DNA from: Eledone cirrhosa
Taxonomy: Eukaryota
Direction: 5' to 3'
Assembly (NCBI GenBank): GCA_964016885.1
Contig: OZ024741.1
Coordinates: forward strand, 19,344,001 to 19,408,000
DNA length: 64,000 nt
Shown here one piece after another: positions 41,029-52,004 of the stretch. Below the pieces are notes generated by a model that searched no databases, was not told where the DNA came from, and saw nothing but the letters and a program-made list of their open reading frames with translations. Within the stretch, counting starts at the first letter, position 1. The number at the start of each line of letters is the position of its first letter. A program made the position numbers and the translations under genes.

Positions 41029-41036
<8 letters not shown>
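40101..41036 (+). mobile_element. Non-autonomous HHR element: 522-bp partial tandem with inverted 5' segment
   Basis: 40276-40515 is repeated at 40798-41036. 40101-40274 is the reverse complement of 40460-40632. (TA)n flanks. Confidence 0.85.
40381..40460 (+). ncRNA. Type I hammerhead ribozyme (second identical copy 40903-40982)
   Basis: cttcc CTGACGA c gaaatg...catttc a GAAA ctaattag TT gggag; palindromic stem III. Confidence 0.75.
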
Positions 41037-41094
<58 letters not shown>

Positions 41095-41306
41095 CGTTTC
41101 TGAATTTGTTTAGCAAGATTCTTTATCTGAAATCGTGTGTTGAAACCGATATTGTTATACTTTGGGAGGGTCATGTTGCCAATAAGAAACACACGCACCA
41201 GTTGCTTTCACTTCAATTTATTATATATTTATAAATTTACAAATTTATAAATTTATAAATTTCTGGTTGGTTGGTTGGTTCCACAACCAGATAGTTGTTT
41301 ATATAT

Positions 41307-41351
41307 AGTCATAGTTCTTTCGTCACACACTCTGTGACCTCTTCAGTGACT
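41307..41351 (-). ncRNA. Minimal type I hammerhead ribozyme in PLE 3' tail
   Basis: agtca CTGAAGA g gtcac agagtgt gtgac GAAA g aa c TA tgact. Confidence 0.75.
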
Positions 41352-41551
41352 GGGGACTCCTTTCTTTGTTTCTGTGCCTCTCCTTTGTTCTGTCCTACGC
41401 CATTTTGTTTCTGTGTGTGTGTTGTGTGCTCAGTCTGCGCATGCGCCACATCCGGGTGTCTGTGTGTGTTTATGTTGATTTATCTATTTGTTTATTTACA
41501 TGTTACTGGTTGGTTGTTTGTTCTATGTGTGTGTGTGTTTTCATTTTGTCC

Positions 41552-42447
41552 TTAATTGTAAGTTGTGATGTTGCTGTTCCACTCATATTTTCTATTTAAT
41601 TTTGGTTGTAATTCTTTTATGTTTATTGCCTCTGTAATTTGTATAAACATTGCGTCTTTTCTGTGTGTAGATTCTATTTTTATTTCTATGTTCTCTAATT
41701 TACCCTTGTGTTCTATCTTAGCATGTTGGTAGAGTACAGATGATTCTTTATTATCTTGAAGGTCTCGCCAGTGTTCATTTATCCGTTCCCCTACACTACG
41801 AGCTGTCTCACCTATGTACACTATATTTTTGTCTCTACATTGTCCTTCGGTACATCTTATGCTATACACTACATTTCTAGTTTTACAGTTAATATGGGGG
41901 CTTATTTTACAGGTTATACATTTCTTATCTATACATGAGGGTCTTTGAAAAGGGTATGTCTTGCTAATAAGTGTTTTTACGGAGGTACTTGGTCTTTCTA
42001 CTATCTTAATATTGAGTTTATGTTTATTTAGGGCCCTTCTAAATTTGTAAGCTAGTTCACCTCTAGGGGTTGTATCGATGAACATTACACTCTGGTATTT
42101 ATTGCTATCATACCATGAGTTTATTCTATTAGCCTTGTTCCTAGTTCTTTCTATCCTATTCCAAAATTTGCTTCTATACAAGGGGCAGGTCCCATTTATG
42201 TCATTATTTACCATTTTTTCCCATTTGGTTCTGGCTCCTCTATACACTCTGATTCTATCTCTCTGATTGTAGCCAGAGAACTGCATACGGTGGATGAAGT
42301 GTTGTATGTGTCTCTCTAGTTCTTCGGGGTTGCACATGCGGGACACATTTCACATCACCCGTACCAAATCCGCAATCAGTATGTTGATTTTGGTATGTTC
42401 CGAAATGGCCGAGTTTCGGTGGATCAGATGTTTGGAAGTCATGGGTT
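41552..42447 (-). pseudogene. 5'-truncated PLE thumb + GIY-YIG endonuclease (Naiad-like)
   Basis: KPMTSKHLIHRNSA..LVRVM*NVSR..MQFSGY..PLYRSKFWNR..WY..TPRGEL..C..KKCITC..NCKTRNVVYSIRC..YIGETARSVGERINEH..EAINIKELQPKLNRKYEW. One TGA at 42350-42352. Confidence 0.88.
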
Positions 42448-45400
42448 TGGCTAGATTTTTCTTTTGCAATATATATACAGATGTGTTGGTATCTGTGTTT
42501 CATCACATACATATTAATTTATACACTGCTCAGGGGGTATTTTTCCTACTTCGAGCTGATTTCATTGTAAAAGAATTCATTACCTTAATAATTTTAACTG
42601 CACCTAGTTTGAGCTGCAAGCCGCCTCATATATACGACTGTTATTTCTAGCAGTACGGTTATGAGACTAGTTAGATACTGTAAAGCCATGTGCGTCACGC
42701 AGTCTTTTCAATTATTTAGAAGTGAAGCATATCAATTTGTCTCTGGAGGTTTACTGAGGAGAGCGGGACATGATATTCCTACACTTATTTAACTCGAAAC
42801 ATATTTGGATCTTAAAGTCTAAACTTATCTACGGAACAGGTTTGATTTTGAAATTTAAATGTGTCTAAACATCACGGCCTCTTGGCAATACAGTTCGTCT
42901 CCGTTGATTTATTATTTTAAATCGATATGGACAAACTGTAGTATAATAATTAATATACTTCAATCTGGCTAGATTTTTCTTTTGCAATATATATACAGAT
43001 GTGTTGGTATCTGTGTTTCATCACATACATATTAATTTATACACTGCTCAGGGGTTATTTTTCCTACTTCGAGCTGATTCCATTGTAAAAGAATTCATTA
43101 CCTTAATAATTTTAACTGCTCCTAGTTTGAGCTGCAAGCCGCCTCATATATACGACTGTTATTTCTAGCAGTACGGTTATGAGACTAGTTAGATACTGTA
43201 AAGCCATGTGCGTCACGCAGTCTTTTCAATTATTTAGAAGTGAAGCATATCAATTTGTCTCTGGAGGTTTACTGAGGAGAGCGGGACATGATATTCCTAC
43301 ACTTATTTAACTCGAAACATATTTGGATCTTAAAGTCTAAACTTATCTACGGAACAGGTTTGATTTTGAAATTTAAATGTGTCTAAACATCACGGCCTCT
43401 TGGCAATACAGTTCGTCTCCGTTGATTTATTATTTTAAATCGATATGGACAAACTGTAGTATAATAATTAGTATACTTCAATCTGGCTAGATTTTTCTTT
43501 TGCAATATATATACAGATGTGTTGGTATCTGTGTTTCATCACATACATATTAATTTATACACTGCTCAGGGGGTATTTTTCCTACTTCGAGCTGATTCCA
43601 TTGTAAAAGAATTCATTACCTTAATAATTTTAACTGCTCCTAGTTTGAGCTGCAAGCCGCCTCATATATACGACTGTTATTTCTAGCAGTACGGTTATGA
43701 GACTAGTTAGATACTGTAAAGCCATGTGCGTCACGCAGTCTTTTCAATTATTTAGATGTGAAGCATATCAATTTGTCTCTGGAGGTTTACTGAGGAGAGC
43801 GGGACATGATATTCCTACACTTATTTAACTCGAAACATATTTGGATCTTAAAGTCTAAACTTATCTACGGAACAGGTTTGATTTTGAAATTTAAATGTGT
43901 CTAAACATCACGGCCTCTTGGCAATACAGTTCGTCTCCGTTGATTTATTATTTTAAATCGATATGGACAAACTGTAGTATAATAATTAGTATACTTCAAT
44001 CTGGCTAGATTTTTCTTTTGCAATATATATACAGATGTGTTGGTATCTGTGTTTCATCACATACATATTAATTTATACACTGCTCAGGGGGTATTTTTCC
44101 TACTTCGAGCTGATTCCATTGTAAAAGAATTCATTACCTTAATAATTTTAACTGCTCCTAGTTTGAGCTGCAAGCCGCCTCATATATACGACTGTTATTT
44201 CTAGCAGTACGGTTATGAGACTAGTTAGATACTGTAAAGCCATGTGCGTCACGCAGTCTTTTCAATTATTTAGATGTGAAGCATATCAATTTGTCTCTGG
44301 AGGTTTACTGAGGAGAGCGGGACATGATATTCCTACACTTATTTAACTCGAAACATATTTGGATCTTAAAGTCTAAACTTATCTACGGAACAGGTTTGAT
44401 TTTGAAATTTAAATGTGTCTAAACATCACGGCCTCTTGGCAATACAGTTCGTCTCCGTTGATTTATTATTTTAAATCGATATGGACAAACTGTAGTATAA
44501 TAATTAGTATACTTCAATCTGGCTAGATTTTTCTTTTGCAATATATATACAGATGTGTTGGTATCTGTGTTTCATCACATACATATTAATTTATACACTG
44601 CTCAGGGGGTATTTTTCCTACTTCGAGCTGATTCCATTGTAAAAGAATTCATTACCTTAATAATTTTAACTGCTCCTAGTTTGAGCTGCAAGCCGCCTCA
44701 TATATACGACTGTTATTTCTAGCAGTACGGTTATGAGACTAGTTAGATACTGTAAAGCCATGTGCGTCACGCAGTCTTTTCAATTATTTAGATGTGAAGC
44801 ATATCAATTTGTCTCTGGAGGTTTACTGAGGAGAGCGGGACATGATATTCCTACACTTATTTAACTCGAAACATATTTGGATCTTAAAGTCTAAACTTAT
44901 CTACGGAACAGGTTTGATTTTGAAATTTAAATGTGTCTAAACATCACGGCCTCTTGGCAATACAGTTCGTCTCCGTTGATTTATTATTTTAAATCGATAT
45001 GGACAAACTGTAGTATAATAATTAGTATACTTCAATCTGGCTAGATTTTTCTTTTGCAATATATATACAGATGTGTTGGTATCTGTGTTTCATCACATAC
45101 ATATTAATTTATACACTGCTCAGGGGGTATTTTTCCTACTTCGAGCTGATTCCATTGTAAAAGAATTCATTACCTTAATAATTTTAACTGCTCCTAGTTT
45201 GAGCTGCAAGCCGCCTCATATATACGACTGTTATTTCTAGCAGTACGGTTATGAGACTAGTTAGATACTGTAAAGCCATGTGCGTCACGTAGTCTTTTCA
45301 ATTATTTAGATGTGAAGCATATCAATTTGTCTCTGGAGGTTTACTGAGGAGAGCGGGACATGATATTCCTACACTTATTTAACTCGAAACATATTTGGAT

Positions 45401-47185
45401 CTTAAAGTCTAAACTTATCTACGGAACAGGTTTGATTTTGAAATTTAAATGTGTCTAAACATCACGGCCTCTTGGCAATACAGTTCGTCTCCGTTGATTT
45501 ATTATTTTAAATCGATATGGACAAACTGTAGTATAATAATTAGTATACTTCAATCTGGCTAGATTTTTCTTTTGCAATATATATACAGATGTGTTGGTAT
45601 CTGTGTTTCATCACATACATATTAATTTATACACTGCTCAGGGGGTATTTTTCCTACTTCGAGCTGATTCCATTGTAAAAGAATTCATTACCTTAATAAT
45701 TTTAACTGCTCCTAGTTTGAGCTGCAAGCCGCCTCATATATGCAACTGTTATTTCTAGCAGTACGGTTATGAGACTAGTTAGATACTGTAAAGCCATGTG
45801 CGTCACGCAGTCTTTTAAATTATTTAGAAGTGAAGCATATCAATTTGTCTCTGGAGGTTTACTGAGGAGAGCGGGACATGATATTCCTACACTTATTTAA
45901 CTCGAAACATATTTGGATCTTAAAGTCTAAACTTATCTACGGAACAGGTTTGATTTTGAAATTTAAATGTGTCTAAACATCACGGCCTCTTGGCAATACA
46001 GTTCGTCTCCGTTGATTTATTATTTTAAATCGATATGGACAAACTGTAGTATAATAATTAGTATACTTCAATCTGGCTAGATTTTTCTTTTGCAATATAT
46101 ATACAGATGTGTTGGTATCTGTGTTTCATCACATACATATTAATTTATACACTGCTCAGGGGGTATTTTTCCTACTTCGAGCTGATTCCATTGTAAAAGA
46201 ATTCATTACCTTAATAATTTTAACTGCTCCTAGTTTGAGCTGCAAGCCGCCTCATATATGCAACTGTTATTTCTAGCAGTACGGTTATGAGACTAGTTAG
46301 ATACTGTAAAGCCATGTGCGTCACGCAGTCTTTTAAATTATTTAGAAGTGAAGCATATCAATTTGTCTCTGGAGGTTTACTGAGGAGAGCGGGACATGAT
46401 ATTCCTACACTTATTTAACTCGAAACATATTTGGATCTTAAAGTCTAAACTTATCTACGGAACAGGTTTGATTTTGAAATTTAAATGTGTCTAAACATCA
46501 CGGCCTCTTGGCAATACAGTTCGTCTCCGTTGATTTATTATTTTAAATCGATATGGACAAACTGTAGTATAATAATTAGTATACTTCAATTTGGCTAGAT
46601 TTTTCTTTTGCAATATATATACAGATGTGTTGGTATCTGTGTTTCATCACATACATATTAATTTATACACTGCTCAGGGGGTATATTTCCTACTTCGAGC
46701 TGATTCCATTGTAAAAGAATTCATTACCTTAATAATTTTAACTGCTCCTAGTTTGAGCTGCAAGCCGCCTCATATATGCGACTGTTATTTCTAGCAGTAC
46801 GGTTATGAGACTAGTTAGATACTGTAAAGCCATGTGCGTCACGCAGTCTTTTAAATTATTTAGAAGTGAAGCATATCAATTTGTCTCTGGAGGTTTACTG
46901 AGGAGAGCGGGACATGATATTCCTACACTTATTTAACTCGAAACATATTTGGATCTTAAAGTCTAAACTTATCTACGGAACAGGTTTGATTTTGAAATTT
47001 AAATGTGTCTAAACATCACGGCCTCTTGGCAATACAGTTCGTCTCCGTTGATTTATTATTTTAAATCGATATGGACAAACTGTAGTATAATAATTAGTAT
47101 ACTTCAATCTGGCTAGATTTTTCTTTTGCAATATATATACAGATGTGTTGGTATCTGTGTTTCATCACATACATATTAATTTATA
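42448..47185 (+). repeat. 518-bp tandem array (9.15 units), one hammerhead per unit; retrozyme-like
   Basis: Landmark ctggaggtttactgagg at 42743, 43261, 43779, 44297, 44815, 45333, 45851, 46369 and 46887 (exact 518 period). Only a few substitutions between units. Confidence 0.95.
42747..42826 (+). ncRNA. Type I hammerhead ribozyme, first of nine (every 518 bp)
   Basis: aggttta CTGAGGA gag...ctc GAAA c atatttggatcttaaa g TC taaactt; GUC at 42817-42819. Stem I extends as tctg/cgga past a bulge. Confidence 0.85.
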
Positions 47186-47461
47186 TATTTATATATATAT
47201 ATATATTCCAACGTAGAACACTTAACTCATGTGATGCTATTCATTTGCAGTGTCATTAATACATCTATCATAATAAAACTGTCGTTTTAACCGCAATGAT
47301 CTCTCATCTGCGATGTTTACACACATTTATTTGCTCTTTATTTCATCTGTTTTAGCAAGCAACTCTTATTTGTTGTCTTCAAAGTAAATTTGATGCTGTC
47401 GGGTACCATCAAACTGGAAAACCACCCAATAAACTGATATATTGCTCGGTTTCTACATGCA

Positions 47462-47549
<88 letters not shown>

Positions 47550-47818
47550 TATATATATAATATATATATATAATATATATATAATATTATAATAAATGGA
47601 AAATATCTTTACAAAACCATATATATATATATATACATATAAGGATATCAATATATGTACATATATTATAAAGATGTATATCTATGCGACAAATCTCCTC
47701 AATCTTAGTCATCTGTATAATATGCTTTAGTATATATTTTTTATATCAATAATTCTCTCTTTCGCTCTCCACAGGTACTCGCGCGCGCGCGCGCACACAC
47801 ACATCTACACATTCACTA

Positions 47819-47859
<41 letters not shown>

Positions 47860-48008
47860 GATTCCATAAATGTAAACTCCGTCACACCTAATCACCAAGA
47901 TTTCGCTGGGGATACCCTACTGACGTGAAGAGCTTTTGGTTTGCTTAAACCAGTTTATCACCGCAACGTTACAGCGTAACCTCCACGGATAAACACCCTT
48001 ATTATCTG

Positions 48009-48055
<47 letters not shown>

Positions 48056-48058
<3 letters not shown>

Positions 48059-48295
48059 CAGATAATAAATTTGAAGACTAAAATCTAAAGAGGGCTCGAT
48101 AAGGATAAATATATATCAAATATATAAGAACCGTAGAGCAAATATTTATTAAAATAACAGATTAAAGTTTAAGCAAAGAATCGCTGCTTTCACCCTTAAC
48201 GGGATCTTCTGAAACTAACAAAGTCAATCTGTCAGTTTCAGAAGATCCCGTTAAGGGTGAAAGCAGCGATTCTTTGCTTAAATTTTAATCTGTTA

Positions 48296-48303
<8 letters not shown>
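48056..48303. mobile_element. Short fold-back of the variant-HHR PLE tail
   Basis: 48148-48216 is inverted at 48234-48302. (TA)n flanks. Confidence 0.85.
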
Positions 48304-48333
<30 letters not shown>

Positions 48334-49801
48334 AAAGTATTGCACCAAGAAAAATAAAACGTCGGCGTGAAGAGATTATGAATTTATTTGCTTTAACATA
48401 TGTGTCTATTATAATTGTCTACATCTGCTGACTACAACATATATTGTTCAATCATATGCAATATTTAATTATTTATTACACTTTATATATATATTATAAA
48501 GTGAAATAACAGGAGGTCAAATATGTTGAATTTCCTTAATTTTTTATTACTGTAAACACTATGCACATTTCAGTGGCCAGGTTGCGTAAGAACCCGGTGA
48601 CATCTACAGGTGTAACTTGCGCAATAGATGTATACCAATGGAATGATGGTAAACTTTAAGGAAAGAAGCAAAGAAAAAAACAAAGAAGAAAAAAGTGTGT
48701 GTTTATGTTTTTGACCCAGAGACGAACGAAGCCACATGCCGTTACAATGCCTCGTTGTTTGAGACGGATCATTTGTGTATATATATCGGAATGATGTCGG
48801 GTGCTCTTGAGATAAAAATGTTACAGTTCTCTCGTCTGAGAAGCAGATCGATACTGAAGTCATGTCTATCACACCAATAAAGATCTTAAGTTAATAATTT
48901 GAAAATGATATGTAGCAATCGATATACAATATAAAACATTTTAAAATGAAACCTCGCTAAGTAATACTTCATATACATGCACTCTCTTTTAGCATAGAGT
49001 GTTCTCAACAACGAAATTACTGAGTAACCTATATATATATATATATATATGATTGTGTGAGAGTGTGTGTGTGTGTGTGAGTGTGTGTGTGTGTGTGTGA
49101 GCATGAGAGTGTGAGTGTTTGTGTGAGTGTAAATGTATCTGTGTCAGTGTGTTTGTGTGTGTGTGTGTGTAAGTCCGCGCGTGTGTGTATGTGTGTGTGA
49201 TTCTGTGTGTGTGTGTTTGTGGGTTTGTGTGTGTTTCTGTGTGTGAGTGCATGTCTGTGTGTGTGTAAATGCATATATCTATGAAGGGTTTGTTTGTTTT
49301 TTGATTGGTTTCCGTTCTTTTTCTGACACTATATCAAAGTAGAATGAGAAGTAATTGGCTGTGTTGAGAAAGGTGATAGAGATTGAAATACGTATCATAA
49401 AGAGAGATGGATTCTGTTGATGCTGGAAATTAGCTGAATGAAAGTTATAGAGTATTGAGCCAATAATAATTGAGAATGGCAATTTTGTAAGCAGACAGTA
49501 AAGTATAGGAGAGTAATGGAAAACAGAGTAAGACATTAAAAGATAGTGATTCAGAGAGCAGCGGAAAGAAGAAAGACATGTTTAAATTATTGACAGTGAA
49601 TTAGAGAGTTGAATGATGAAATAGTGGAGGAGATATAAAGAGAGATAGAAAGAGTGAGATAGCGGGAGAGAGTGGGAGAGTGGGGAAGAGAGAGTGGGAG
49701 AGTGGGAAAGAGAGAAAGTGTGATATCGAAGTGTAATTTTGAAGTTAGGCAAAGAACAGAAAATTTGGAGACAGATTTTGATGGAGGGAAAGCGGATCAG
49801 C

Positions 49802-49866
<65 letters not shown>

Positions 49867-50039
49867 ATATATATATTATAGATAACGAGGAATCAGTGAT
49901 GCATCAAAAGACAATTTATTAACATATTACATATGTTTCTCCGACGATCAGCTCAAGGCAGGCTCTGTTAGAGATAGAACCTGACTCTGCATTCAGAAGT
50001 TCCTGAAATATGTTTTGCGCTTTCAAAGCATTTCATCCG

Positions 50040-50078
<39 letters not shown>

Positions 50079-50153
50079 CGAAGGAAATGTGGTAAGGAAC
50101 CAGGTGGACCATAACGCACCAAAGTACTCAATACTTAGGGTCGTAGAGTGGGT

Positions 50154-50271
50154 AATAGGAACGAGTAGGACCCCGACGGCTGAGCTCAAGCCGTTTCGAC
50201 GGCTAATTCTGGACTAAAATTAGCCGTCGAAACGGCTTGAGCTCAGCCGTCGGGGTCCTACTCGTTCCTAT
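50154..50271. repeat. Fold-back containing HHR 3' half
   Basis: ataggaacgagtaggaccccgacggctgagctcaagccgtttcgacggctaatt / reverse complement; GAAA cggc ttgagctca gccg TC ggggt. Confidence 0.9.
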
Positions 50272-50309
50272 ATATAGAAAATATATATATATATATATAC
50301 GATATTAAA

Positions 50310-50677
50310 TACGATATTAAATAAATGGAAACTATATTTATAAAACCATATTTATTTCATTATATATATTTCAGGGATATCATATTAAAAATATGGTATG
50401 CCTTCATCAGACAAAATACAATATAAACAGTCTTATAAATAGATAGATTTGACATACCTTACAACTTCAACTTCCATTTAAAAAGTTGATTTGGAAGTTG
50501 AAGTTGTAAATGGAAGTTGAAGTTGTAAGGTATGTCAAATCTATCTATTTATAAGACTGTTTATATTGTATTTTGTCTGATGAAGGCATACCATATTTTT
50601 AATATGATATCCCTGAAATATATATAATGAAATAAATATGGTTTTATAAATATAGTTTCCATTTATTTAATATCGTA
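50310..50677. mobile_element. Perfect about 170-bp-arm palindrome with an HHR in each arm (50353-50418 -, 50569-50634 +)
   Basis: tattttgt CTGATGA agg..catatt ttt aatatg..cct GAAA tatata TA atgaaata. Confidence 0.85.
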
Positions 50678-50760
50678 AATATACTCCAAATGCTTGTTGA
50701 GTGCTTTTATATCAGTTATAAATATTTACTCGTTGTAACCCAACAATTTAAATAAAACTT

Positions 50761-50823
<63 letters not shown>

Positions 50824-50845
50824 ATATATATTATATATATATATA

Positions 50846-50936
<91 letters not shown>

Positions 50937-50937
50937 A

Positions 50938-50977
<40 letters not shown>

Positions 50978-51134
50978 TATATATATATACACTCATACAT
51001 GTGTGTGTGTATACATCAAATTTCTGTTTTTGTAACTCCTCTAGGATATTGACTCTCTGTTTTTTCTTAATCTCTGTATATATATATATATATATACACA
51101 CACAGATTAAGAAACAACAAAGAGTCAATATCCT

Positions 51135-51355
51135 CGGGTGTGTATGATTGTGTATAGAAGATTATATTAATAAGAGGAATTCCAACTTTGTCTGATTTAC
51201 TCGTTTTATTTACAATCCTTTAAAATGTTATAATGGTATTATAATGAAATAGTATGGTAGAATATTAAATGTTAAATGTTAATTGAACAAGTACTTTCAT
51301 GCTTTCGCAATCCTGAGGTTCATATTCTGTGGTGACAGTCAAGTTTGTAATTTTC

Positions 51356-51358
<3 letters not shown>
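51135..51358 (-). mobile_element. Diverged solo tail of the 52005-53570 PLE family
   Basis: Matches 52005-52228. HHR core mutated to CTCAGGA. Confidence 0.8.
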
Positions 51359-51421
<63 letters not shown>

Positions 51422-51471
51422 GCATATATATTTATAGATATACATACACACACACACACACAGACAGACAG

Positions 51472-51506
<35 letters not shown>

Positions 51507-51926
51507 AAGAGGTTGTGTGTGAGTGAGATAGTGAGAATCATAGAGGAGTGAGCGAAAGTAAAAGGAATATAAAATAACTGAAAGGAATAATGAAATCCCG
51601 CCAAAAATTTTGAACGTGTTTTGAATCAGAAAGATAAAGAAATACTGTGATGAGGCAGCAGTAAATCCTATAATTTATGACAGGTATTAAGCTAGTATAT
51701 ATATGTACGTTTATGTATATGTGTGTATGTGTGTGTGTGTGTGTGTGTGCGTATGTGTGCGTATGTGTGCCTGTGTGTGTGTGCGTATGTGTGCCTGTGT
51801 ATGTGTGTGTGTGTGCCTGTGTGTGTGTGTGTGCCTGTGTGTGTATCACCTCAATAAATTTTCAAGCTTACCACTGTGTCTCTGAGAAGATCTTTGATAT
51901 ATATATACGTATATATATATATGTGA

Positions 51927-51989
<63 letters not shown>

Positions 51990-52004
51990 TAGGTAAATAT
52001 ACAC

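Noticed and set aside
42350-42352. In-frame TGA as selenocysteine in the Naiad-like PLE
   Set aside because: It falls in LVRVM*N, where Arg is expected (CGA to TGA decay), not at a Zn-finger Cys. No SECIS was identified.
42255-42650. ORFs spanning the PLE/array junction and 46591-46794
   Set aside because: Short, no motifs, and dependent on alternative starts present in single units.
49922-50012. Minus-strand hammerhead
   Set aside because: GAAA-catatg-TA and stem I are present, but the core reads TTCAGGA. Degenerate relic, not counted.
51284-51322. Hammerhead in solo PLE tail
   Set aside because: Core mutated to CTCAGGA; presumed inactive.
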